NCBI GenBank assembly: GCA_963977445.1
Contig: CAXBPH010000188.1
Span: 1 to 14,061, forward strand
Source: an uncultured bacterium
GTDB lineage: Bacteria; Hydrogenedentota; Hydrogenedentia; Hydrogenedentales; JAEUWI01
Length of the DNA stretch: 14,061 nt
Direction: 5' to 3'
In this document: piece by piece, positions 1 through 6,959 of the stretch
Layout: each line of letters begins with the position of its first letter
How positions within the stretch are numbered: the stretch's first letter is position 1
The notes under the pieces: generated by a model
Seen by the model: only the letters and a program-made list of their open reading frames with translations
Databases searched by the model: none
Told to the model about the DNA's origin: nothing
Made by a program: the position numbers and the translations under genes

Positions 1-1607
1 TCATCATCCGCCATGGAGGTGCGGAATGTTCGAGCCGTTGTCGTCGAATCGATGGCGTCGTCCGAGGCCTCCTCCCAGGGTGGGGGCGTGTCCACAGCAG
101 GTCGGGAACGCCACACCGGCTCCGGAAGCGCTGGCTCCCGACGGACCGGTGCCGGCGGGACCCATTCGTCGTCGCGGTCGGGCGCTTCTATCGCGGCTTG
201 GGGAATGTTCACACCGCGCATGGCCTGGAAGTGCAGATCAAAAATTTTGTTGAAGGCGTTGTTACACCGAAGACTGTACACGGCATAGAGGTTCTCCATG
301 TCTTCCGTATCGAATTCACCTTCCAGCCACTTCCGCTCCGCACCCCGCTGGGTCGCCATGATCTTGTGAATCAGGCAGGTCAGATTGGAGGGGCTGGTGG
401 CCGTTTCTACGGAGTCCCCAAAATCCATCATGGCCTCAAAGTAAGGACGAATCGCTTCCCGGCGGTGGCTTTGAATCGATACGCGCCGACGGCCTGAGAC
501 ATAGTGGATGACACTGGCAAGACAGACGACGCCCGCAAGAAAAAAGGAGAGTATTTCGAAGCGATCCGAAGAGATGGGATTCCTACGGTTGTAGAACGCC
601 GCCGCTGCCAGGTGCAGCGGAAGATTCACCGCAGACTGCGCCCTCTCTTCGTCGAGGTCGTTGAGACGGGCCAGTTTCAAAAAGGGTCCGCTGAAAATTT
701 CTTCCAGAACCGTATAAACCTGCCGCTCCGGCAAGTCGCTCTGACAGACAAGCAGGGTATTCACCGCCAGGGTTTCGAAGGGACCGTCGGCAGGCGCAGG
801 AAAACTCCGATCGGGACCATAGAGATAGGGCGGAAATACTTCGGCGTAGGACCCCGGCAAATAGCGCGAAACCGCCTGGGCTTCCGGAATAGGGATGAGA
901 CGATACCACCCGGTGGAAAGGAGCTTCTCCATGGCAGGCGAAAAAAGTCCATACACCGTAAAGGCCGCATCGATGTCGCCATCAAGAAAGGCCTCGGCCA
1001 AATCGGAATTGTGATCGGGAATGAGCTCGGTGGGCTCACCAAAAGAAAAAAAGCGCATCATCTTCTGTGCAAGCGCATCGGCGCCACCACCGGAAGGCCC
1101 CACACCAAGCCGTTTTCCCGCAAGATCGCGGAAGGTCTGGATTCGGGAATCGGCGGGCACAACGACGTGGACATATTCTTTGCCGAGATTGGCCAAGGCA
1201 ACAAGCTTGTCGGTGTTTCCCAAAAAGCTTGCCCAATCGCCGGAGATGTCACCACGCTCCGCGACCAGACCACCCTGAATCAACGCCAAATCAGCGGTGC
1301 CATCCTGCAGCAGAGCCAGGTTTTCGATGGAGCCACGGGTGGCCCGCACGTCCATGCGATAGGATTGGCTGGCATCCAGCTGGAGACGAAGGTGATTGCC
1401 CAACGCGTAGTACGCACCACCCTCCGCCGCTGTCGCGAGCACCAAGGGCGCATCCGCACGGGAATAGTAGCGGTTGGTCAAGTCGGCACGAATCCGACTC
1501 GCCTGGTAGGGGGCCAGCACAAAGAAAACCCCGCCACCGGCGATCAACAGCAACAAGCTAATCGATAGAATTTTGAGTATCGTTTTCCGTTCAGGAACGC
1601 GCGACAT
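1..1607 (-). CDS. TAXI-family (TRAP-associated) solute-binding protein with C-terminal TM helix and cytoplasmic extension; 3' end beyond window edge
   Basis: Manual translation from ATG 1607 is open to the window edge (535+ aa). It begins MSRVPERKTILKILSISLLLLIAGGGVFFVLAP (signal anchor). TAXI-like motifs LATAAEGGAYYALG, TRGSIENLALLQDGTADLALIQGG, IQTFRDLAGKRLGVGPSGGG and LPLHLAAAAFY follow. It then has TM FEILSFFLAGVVCLASVIHYV and a Pro/acidic tail. Not in the ORF track because there is no stop in the window. Confidence 0.85.
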   Translation of the reverse strand, partial: MSRVPERKTILKILSISLLLLIAGGGVFFVLAPYQASRIRADLTNRYYSRADAPLVLATAAEGGAYYALGNHLRLQLDASQSYRMDVRATRGSIENLALLQDGTADLALIQGGLVAERGDISGDWASFLGNTDKLVALANLGKEYVHVVVPADSRIQTFRDLAGKRLGVGPSGGGADALAQKMMRFFSFGEPTELIPDHNSDLAEAFLDGDIDAAFTVYGLFSPAMEKLLSTGWYRLIPIPEAQAVSRYLPGSYAEVFPPYLYGPDRSFPAPADGPFETLAVNTLLVCQSDLPERQVYTVLEEIFSGPFLKLARLNDLDEERAQSAVNLPLHLAAAAFYNRRNPISSDRFEILSFFLAGVVCLASVIHYVSGRRRVSIQSHRREAIRPYFEAMMDFGDSVETATSPSNLTCLIHKIMATQRGAERKWLEGEFDTEDMENLYAVYSLRCNNAFNKIFDLHFQAMRGVNIPQAAIEAPDRDDEWVPPAPVRREPALPEPVWRSRPAVDTPPPWEEASDDAIDSTTTARTFRTSMADD

Positions 1608-1810
1608 ACAACCCGTCAGTCTCTTCCCGCAAAACACACTGATCGCTAACATGATCGTGCGATTTTGACCTGTTTCTTGCACCGGCGCATGGCTGAAAAC
1701 ACGCGCCCTTAACCATAAATCACCCCGATACCGTCGGAGTAACCCATCCCAAGTACCTTCTTTCTAGCAGGCGGGGTCCCTGCGATGCAAACCGCAGCCC
1801 CCAATTTTAA

Positions 1811-2875
1811 TCACGACTCCCGTAATGCATCCGCGTGTTTACGATAGACCCCCCGAAACTGATGATAGGTGAGGCCCAGCAACGTAGCCGCTTTTCGCTG
1901 GTTGAAGCGCGTCGCCTCGAGGCCAGCCCGTAACAGGTGCCGCTCAAAGAGTTCCACCGATTCACCAAAGGGGCGATCAAATCCCGTCCGAAGGAGTGAC
2001 GCCTCCCCACCGGGAGACGACAGGTCGGGCGGCGTGGCCCCAACCCCCTCCTGAACCGGACGTTGGACCTCCGGCAAGGGCGCATAGGGCGAGATAAAAG
2101 GGTCAAATACGACCGACTCTATGGCGGGGCCGGTAGCCTGGTACACGGCGCGCTCAATCACATTCTTCAATTCACGCACATTGCCCCGCCAGGTATGGCG
2201 CAACAGATCCAGGGTGACCTCATCAGTAAACTCCGGCACGTCCTTCCGCCCCAGTTCCGCCCCCATACGGGAGGCAAAATGATTGGCAAGGAGTATGATG
2301 TCTTCTTTCCGCTCCCGAAGGGGCGGCAAATACAGGACCTCGAAGGACAAACGGTCCAAAAGATCCCGCATGAACAACCCACGGTCTGCCTGGGCGAGCA
2401 AATCGGCATTGGTCGCACCCACGATGCGCACATCCACCGACACCTGCTCACTGCCGCCCACCCGCTCGAAGCGTCCATATTCCACCACCCGAAGGATTTT
2501 TTCCTGCACGGGCAAGGGTATATTGCCCAGTTCATCCAGGAACAGAGTGCCCCCATGGGCCATTTCGAAGCGCCCACGACGCTGACGCTGGGCCCCCGTA
2601 AAGGCCCCCGCCTCGTGACCAAAAAGTTCCGACTCGATTAGATTATCCGCGAGGGCCGCGCAATTTAGCTCCACCAGAGGCTCTTGCCACCGCTGGGAAA
2701 GAAAGTGCACCCGACGGGCGGCCAGCTCTTTACCGGTACCCCGCTCCCCAATAATAAGCACGGGGCGCTCCACACCGGCCACGCGGCTCAGGCGGTCCTG
2801 AAAATCCAGAAAGACCTCCGAATCCCCCAGGGCCTCGGGCATGGCCTCCGGATAACTATCTCTTGCCTCATACAT
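1811..2875 (-). CDS. pspF: Phage shock protein operon sigma-54-dependent transcriptional activator
   Basis: AAA+ enhancer-binding protein with no N-terminal regulatory domain. It has Walker A GERGTGKE, the loop ESELFGHEAGAFTGA, Walker B LFLDE and WRGNVRELKNV. The C-terminal HTH FNQRKAATLLGLTYHQFR is PspF-like, and the gene is divergent from pspA. Start moved to ATG 2875, which is preceded by the RBS AAAGGAAGG. Confidence 0.96.
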   Translation of the reverse strand: MYEARDSYPEAMPEALGDSEVFLDFQDRLSRVAGVERPVLIIGERGTGKELAARRVHFLSQRWQEPLVELNCAALADNLIESELFGHEAGAFTGAQRQRRGRFEMAHGGTLFLDELGNIPLPVQEKILRVVEYGRFERVGGSEQVSVDVRIVGATNADLLAQADRGLFMRDLLDRLSFEVLYLPPLRERKEDIILLANHFASRMGAELGRKDVPEFTDEVTLDLLRHTWRGNVRELKNVIERAVYQATGPAIESVVFDPFISPYAPLPEVQRPVQEGVGATPPDLSSPGGEASLLRTGFDRPFGESVELFERHLLRAGLEATRFNQRKAATLLGLTYHQFRGVYRKHADALRES

Positions 2876-2933
2876 GGCAACCCTTCCTTTCACAGAAGAT
2901 TCCGTAGGACCCCTCAGCAGAAACACCACTATC

Positions 2934-2968
2934 TGGCTTATTCTATCAAGAACTGGTGTATTTAGCCA
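2934..2968. promoter_or_regulatory. Two putative PspF upstream activating sequences, overlapping a predicted pspF sigma-70 promoter
   Basis: TGGCTTATTCTATCA (2934-2948) and TGGTGTATTTAGCCA (2954-2968) are imperfect 15-bp palindromes in inverted arrangement, with centres 20 bp apart, about 100-135 bp upstream of the predicted sigma-54 start. On the minus strand they overlap TGGCTA (2968-2963), a 17-bp spacer and TAGAAT (2945-2940) with an extended -10 TG. Confidence 0.65.
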
Positions 2969-3001
2969 CCTACTTTATGTGTAGCGGAAGGCAGAACACA
3001 C

Positions 3002-3028
3002 CTAAGTCATTACCTATAAGCCACTTAG
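3002..3028. promoter_or_regulatory. Putative IHF binding site between the activator sites and the sigma-54 promoter
   Basis: TATAAGCCACTTA (3015-3027) has one mismatch to WATCAR-N4-TTR and lies within a CTAAGT...ACTTAG dyad. The position matches the usual UAS-IHF-promoter layout. Confidence 0.5.
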
Positions 3029-3043
3029 AAGCAGGCCAATCCT

Positions 3044-3059
3044 TGGCACGTCTGTTGCA
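3044..3059 (+). promoter_or_regulatory. Sigma-54 (-24/-12) promoter of the psp operon
   Basis: TGGCACG-TCTG-TTGCA is an exact match to TGGCACG-N4-TTGCW. It is divergent from pspF, with the TSS expected near 3070. Confidence 0.93.
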
Positions 3060-3106
3060 CTAGTACTACCACGAACAATGCAGCAACAAGAACAGGGGAA
3101 ATGAGA

Positions 3107-3547
3107 ATGAGTGAAGCATGGGAACGGGAGCGAAGAACCCAATTGGGTGGCTCCCTGCAATACACCACGGGCTGCGGCGAAGCGGGGCAAGCCACTTGGT
3201 TAAACATCAGTAGAACGGGAGCAGGGTTGTTGTTGGGGCGCTACTTGCGCCCGGGACGAACGCTCCTGCTCGAATTGGCGGCAACAGAGACGGATTGTAC
3301 CGTCCTGGTTCCGGCAGAGGTCGCCTGGTGCGTCCCACAGTTGGGAAAGCCCAGTTTCAAGACGGGTCTTCGCATCCATCGCGACGACCCGGAAGTTGCC
3401 CTCCACTTCGCCAAATTGGGCTATCGGGCCCTGGCGGAGAATAAAAACGGCGGCAAAACAGTAGTAACGGCAGTATGGACATCGCTCAATGAGCCGATGC
3501 ACCTGCGGCACAACACAGCGGCGTCCAACCTGACGCACGCAGTATAG
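3107..3547 (+). CDS. PilZ-domain protein (degenerate RxxxR motif)
   Basis: Arg-rich N-terminus ERERRTQL, then NISRTGAGL (D/NxSxxG), LRPGRTLLLEL, AEVAWC and GLRI, the beta-barrel pattern of PilZ. RBS AGGGG (3094-3098) favours ATG 3107; 3101 is the alternative start. Confidence 0.75.
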   Translation: MSEAWERERRTQLGGSLQYTTGCGEAGQATWLNISRTGAGLLLGRYLRPGRTLLLELAATETDCTVLVPAEVAWCVPQLGKPSFKTGLRIHRDDPEVALHFAKLGYRALAENKNGGKTVVTAVWTSLNEPMHLRHNTAASNLTHAV

Positions 3548-3558
3548 AGGAGCCTGTC

Positions 3559-4224
3559 ATGGGTATTTTCACACGGGTACGCGACATAATCAGTTCCAAC
3601 ATCAACTCCATGCTCGACAAAGCGGAAGATCCGGAAAAGCTCGTCAAGATGATGATCCGCGAGATGGAAGACACCCTCGTCGAGATCAAGGCCAACTGTG
3701 CCGGCGGCATGGCCACGAAGAAAAAAATCAAGCGCGAAATGGAAACGGTCCTCGACCTCGCCAAGACATGGGACGCCAAAGCCCAGCTCGCCATCAACAA
3801 AGGCCGCGAAGATCTCGCCCGCGAAGCCCTCATGGAAAAGCGCCGCCACGTGGAGCGCGCCGAAGCCCTGGAAGAGGAATTGGAACAATCCAAGACCCTG
3901 GTCACCCAGTGCCAGAGTGATATCATGCAATTGGAAGACAAATTGAGTGCGGCCCGTGAAAAGCAACGGACCCTGGTGCAGCGCCACACCAATGCCAACA
4001 CCAAGAAAAAGGCCCAGCATCAGATTCGTCGCTATGACACGTCAGACGCCCTGGAGCGCTTCGACAATTTCCAGCAGCGCATCGACCGCATGGAAGCCGA
4101 CGCGGAGTTGGTGAACTACGGCCGCAAGAGCTCCCTGGCCGACCAATTCAAGGAACTCGAAACCGACGAGGGCATCGAAAAGGAACTGGCCGCCATGAAG
4201 GCGAAAAATTCCGGCGGCGTCTGA
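3559..4224 (+). CDS. pspA: Phage shock protein A (PspA/IM30, ESCRT-III-like)
   Basis: N-terminus MGIFTRVRDIISSNINSMLDKAEDPEKLVKMMIREMEDTLVE and motif KAQLAINKGREDLAREAL. 221-aa coiled coil, RBS GAGGAG. Confidence 0.97.
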   Translation: MGIFTRVRDIISSNINSMLDKAEDPEKLVKMMIREMEDTLVEIKANCAGGMATKKKIKREMETVLDLAKTWDAKAQLAINKGREDLAREALMEKRRHVERAEALEEELEQSKTLVTQCQSDIMQLEDKLSAAREKQRTLVQRHTNANTKKKAQHQIRRYDTSDALERFDNFQQRIDRMEADAELVNYGRKSSLADQFKELETDEGIEKELAAMKAKNSGGV

Positions 4225-4252
4225 TGGTGGGTTGGTGGTGACCTTTCGCGGC

Positions 4253-4277
4253 CGCCAGGTGTCCGAGATGCCTGGCG
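4253..4277 (+). terminator. Intercistronic stem-loop after pspA (possible attenuator or mRNA stabiliser)
   Basis: CGCCAGGTGTC-CGA-GATGCCTGGCG forms an 11-bp stem with two G-U pairs. There is no U-tract. Confidence 0.4.
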
Positions 4278-4334
4278 CCCGAATTGGGTCCATGGACAAG
4301 GCAATTCCCCGAGTGCAAGGATAGAGGAGGCAAC

Positions 4335-4646
4335 ATGAGACGGATTGTAATCGCCATAGTCGCGGTTCTGGCTATCCTCTTTATCGTAAGAGGTGCCCCT
4401 CGCGTGGCCTTCAGTGGATTCCTGCCCCTGGTTGCTGCGGGCACTATTGCAGTTCTCTTGGATCGTTGGGCCTCCGGCCGTGGTAGTCGTGAAAAAACCG
4501 ATGGGCACCAACGCCACGATCCGGCGCACGCCAACGACGATCTCGAAGGACTCGCCCACGACCTGGACCGCACGGCACGCAATCTGGAAAAGCGCCTGGA
4601 AGCGCTGGAAACCATTCTCCTCGACCGTACGCGAACACCACTGTAG
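4335..4646 (+). CDS. PspB-like membrane protein 1 (two N-terminal hydrophobic segments)
   Basis: RBS GAGGAGG before ATG 4335. Hydrophobic segments IVIAIVAVLAILFIV and FSGFLPLVAAGTIAVLL, then a C-terminal coiled coil ending RLEALETILLD, the PspB-like signature. Confidence 0.8.
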   Translation: MRRIVIAIVAVLAILFIVRGAPRVAFSGFLPLVAAGTIAVLLDRWASGRGSREKTDGHQRHDPAHANDDLEGLAHDLDRTARNLEKRLEALETILLDRTRTPL

Positions 4647-4685
4647 CTGGAATGGCCGTCACGTGACGGAGAAAGGTGAACAAAC

Positions 4686-5150
4686 ATGAAACGCCTGATC
4701 ATAGGAGCCGCCGGACTCGCGATAGCGGGATTCTTCGGGCTCATAGCCTTGGCGATATTGGGGATGATCGCGGCCATCGCCATCCCCAACGTTGAACAAA
4801 GCCGCCACATTGCCGCTGTCCATGCCTCCCCCGAAAGCGAAGTAATCCATCAGCAAGTACTCGGTTCCGCCTACGCACGCGAACCCGTGGGTGCCAACCT
4901 GGTCCTCTTTGACGTCATCAAGGGCACGGGATTGAACCCCGCACTTACCACACTTTTTGTCGGCACGATGTTCTTCGTTTTTATCCTGGGCACGTTCGTC
5001 ATACTCTGGCGACTCACACGCCGAACGGCACCGGCGGAGGATGCCGACAGCCAGTCGGTGCAAGAGCTTCACAGGCAAGCGCAGCATCTGGCACAGCGCA
5101 TGGAAGCCTTGGAAACCATCCTGCTGGAACGCAGCCGCCCCCAACCCTAA
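4686..5150 (+). CDS. PspB-like membrane protein 2, with extra N-terminal pilin-like hydrophobic helix and extracytoplasmic loop
   Basis: RBS AAGGTG. N-terminal hydrophobic helix ending AILGMIAAIAIPN, a loop of about 50 aa, and TM LFVGTMFFVFILGTFVILW. The C-terminus is ELHRQAQHLAQRMEALETILLE. Confidence 0.8.
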   Translation: MKRLIIGAAGLAIAGFFGLIALAILGMIAAIAIPNVEQSRHIAAVHASPESEVIHQQVLGSAYAREPVGANLVLFDVIKGTGLNPALTTLFVGTMFFVFILGTFVILWRLTRRTAPAEDADSQSVQELHRQAQHLAQRMEALETILLERSRPQP

Positions 5151-5168
5151 CCCGGGAGAGAACGTGTT

Positions 5169-5426
5169 ATGAATCCCACATGGATTGAACTACTTATTAT
5201 CGGTGCCGTGCTGTTTGGAATTTTCCGACTTCTCTCCCGCCGGGTTGACCGGAAAGATCGTCAGTATAATCACGAAGACACGGAGACCATCCAGCATTTA
5301 CACCGGGGCATGGAAAAGATGGCGGCCCGTATCGAATCTCTGGAAACCATTTTGCTGGACCAGGGCGAGCACTATCGTCGCACCCCACCGCCCATACCCA
5401 ATTACCAACATACGTCCCGCTACTAA
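5169..5426 (+). CDS. pspB: PspB-like membrane protein 3
   Basis: Single N-terminal TM (WIELLIIGAVLFGIF) and C-terminal EDTETIQHLHRGMEKMAARIESLETILLD. Lies directly upstream of pspC. Confidence 0.8.
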   Translation: MNPTWIELLIIGAVLFGIFRLLSRRVDRKDRQYNHEDTETIQHLHRGMEKMAARIESLETILLDQGEHYRRTPPPIPNYQHTSRY

Positions 5427-5441
5427 TTAAGGAGAACTCTA

Positions 5442-5828
5442 ATGAACCAACGCAATCAACGAGATCACAGTGGCCCCTATCGCAGTCGCAACGGCATCTT
5501 CTTCGGCGTATGCCGGGGCCTTGCCGACTACTTCGATTTCTCCATCTTCTGGATGCGGGTCCTCTTTGTGTTGACCTTTATCTTCACCGGACTTTACCCC
5601 GTCGGCATTGGCTATATTATTGCCGCCCTCATTATGAAGCCCGAACCCGTGTTGCCTTTGGAAAACGACGGCGACCGGGAATTTTATAACAGCTACACCT
5701 CGTCACGCCCCATGGCACTGAGTCGCCTCAAAACGACCTTCGACAATCTCGACAAGCGCATCCAGCGCATGGAGAGCATCGTCACCGCACGGGACTACGA
5801 CTGGGATCAGCGACTACGCAACAGCTAG
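5442..5828 (+). CDS. pspC: Phage shock protein C, copy 1
   Basis: PspC domain YRSRNGIFFGVCRGLADYFD...YIIAALIMKPEP and C-terminal helix FDNLDKRIQRMESIVT. RBS AAGGAG. Confidence 0.93.
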   Translation: MNQRNQRDHSGPYRSRNGIFFGVCRGLADYFDFSIFWMRVLFVLTFIFTGLYPVGIGYIIAALIMKPEPVLPLENDGDREFYNSYTSSRPMALSRLKTTFDNLDKRIQRMESIVTARDYDWDQRLRNS

Positions 5829-5909
5829 TCATTCCGATTAACGTACTACCTGCAAACGCGGCCCAGGCGAATTCCGCGCAGGTCTTTGAAGGAAGGAAAC
5901 TCTTTAATA

Positions 5910-6137
5910 ATGGATCTAACCGCCATAATCATCGTGAGCATCGTTTTCGGTTCCGTAATAACTGCCCTCTTCATCATTTCCAATCTGGTATCCAAAACCC
6001 TCGGAGCCCGGGGCTCGGGTAAATTGAATGAAGAAGAAACCCAGTTGATGCAGGAACTCTTCTACGGTATGAAAAAAATGGAAGAGCGCGTCGAATCTCT
6101 GGAGACTATATTGCTGGAGAAAGGGCGCGGAGGGTGA
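5910..6137 (+). CDS. pspB: PspB-like membrane protein 4
   Basis: ATG 5910 after AAGGAAGG. TM AIIIVSIVFGSVITALFII, then LNEEETQLMQELFYGMKKMEERVESLETILLE. 75 aa, the canonical PspB size. Confidence 0.85.
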   Translation: MDLTAIIIVSIVFGSVITALFIISNLVSKTLGARGSGKLNEEETQLMQELFYGMKKMEERVESLETILLEKGRGG

Positions 6138-6175
6138 GTGGTATGTGTGATAAGACACCTAACTACGCCCCCATC

Positions 6176-6319
6176 GTTGTAGGACCTGTGGGACCAGTCG
6201 GGCACAAGGCCTTCTGCACACGTGGCGGTATTTCGCAAGTTGCCACACACCGACGCTGTGCGACAAAAACTTCATGGCAACCGTCCCACGGGTCGCACTC
6301 GTCCCACAGGTCCCACAAC
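6176..6319. repeat. Palindromic intergenic element built from 9-nt tandem units
   Basis: Arms GTTGTAGGACCTGTGGGACCAGT (6176-6198) and ACTCGTCCCACAGGTCCCACAAC (6297-6319) are complementary at 21 of 23 positions. Tandem 9-mers GTCCCACGG, GTCGCACTC, GTCCCACAG and GTCCCACAA lie at 6283-6318. Confidence 0.8.
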
Positions 6320-6402
6320 CCCAACAAGGCTCCCGTGGCCGATACGTGCCTAGCCGTTTCACCCTTCATACGCCACACATCAAATTCCCAGGGAGGCCAA
6401 TC

Positions 6403-6792
6403 ATGATGACCCAGAGACGACGCCAGCCCGGCGGCCCCTATCGCTCCCGGGACAGTGCCATATTTGGCGTGTGTCGGGGTATCGCAGAACACCTGGATTT
6501 TTCGGTTGGAGGATTACGGATTATTGTGGTCATCGGCACACTCCTCCTGTGGTTCTGGCCGGGCATCATTGCCTATATCATTGCCGCACTCATCATGAAA
6601 CCCGAACCCATTGTCCCCTTTGATTCGGAAAGTGATGCCGAGTTTTACGGCTCCTTCACGGCATCACGCACCATGGCCCTCCGACGCCTTAAGGAAACCT
6701 TCGACAACCTGGACCGGCGCATCCAACGCATGGAAAGCCTGGTCACCTCACCGAAGTTCACGTGGGACGAGCGCCTGAAAGACACCCCCTGA
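6403..6792 (+). CDS. pspC: Phage shock protein C, copy 2
   Basis: RBS GGAGG (6392-6396) before ATG 6403. Sequence YRSRDSAIFGVCRGIAEHLD...YIIAALIMKPEP...FDNLDRRIQRMESLVT aligns without gaps to copy 1 (about 68/128 identical by hand count). Confidence 0.93.
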   Translation: MMTQRRRQPGGPYRSRDSAIFGVCRGIAEHLDFSVGGLRIIVVIGTLLLWFWPGIIAYIIAALIMKPEPIVPFDSESDAEFYGSFTASRTMALRRLKETFDNLDRRIQRMESLVTSPKFTWDERLKDTP

Positions 6793-6824
6793 ACAGCGGG
6801 ACCCTTTCAAGGAGAAAACAGCCA

Positions 6825-6959
6825 ATGAAAAAACAGAGCACACCGCACCCATCGGCAAGCAGGAATTCCCTGCACGAAAACGCGATTTCTAGAACCCACC
6901 TCGCCCTGCTGGCGGCCATCGCCAGTGTGGCCCTACTCCATGCCCTGTTGAGCACCTGA
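6825..6959 (+). CDS. Small (44 aa) protein with a C-terminal hydrophobic segment
   Basis: RBS AAGGAG upstream of ATG 6825. C-terminus HLALLAAIASVALLHALLST. The stop overlaps the next start (TGATG). Confidence 0.5.
   Translation: MKKQSTPHPSASRNSLHENAISRTHLALLAAIASVALLHALLST

Noticed and set aside
504..1568. 354-aa plus-strand ORF, and 198-497
   Set aside because: In-register antisense shadow of the minus-strand TAXI gene, with no recognisable motifs.
2876..2929. N-terminal extension of pspF from GTG 2929
   Set aside because: The RBS sits before ATG 2875, and the extension would abut the predicted promoter and activator sites.
3421..5144. Long minus-strand ORFs opposite pspA and the pspB-like genes
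   Set aside because: Antisense shadows of well-supported plus-strand genes in GC-rich DNA.
5848..5883. Hairpin between pspC1 and pspB4 as a terminator
   Set aside because: The stem is interrupted (ACCTG/CAGGT plus CGCGG/CCGCG) with a large loop and a weak U-tract, so it is not convincing.
6274..6402. 43-aa N-terminal extension of pspC2 in the ORF track
   Set aside because: It is translated repeat DNA. The GGAGG RBS and alignment with pspC1 place the start at 6403.
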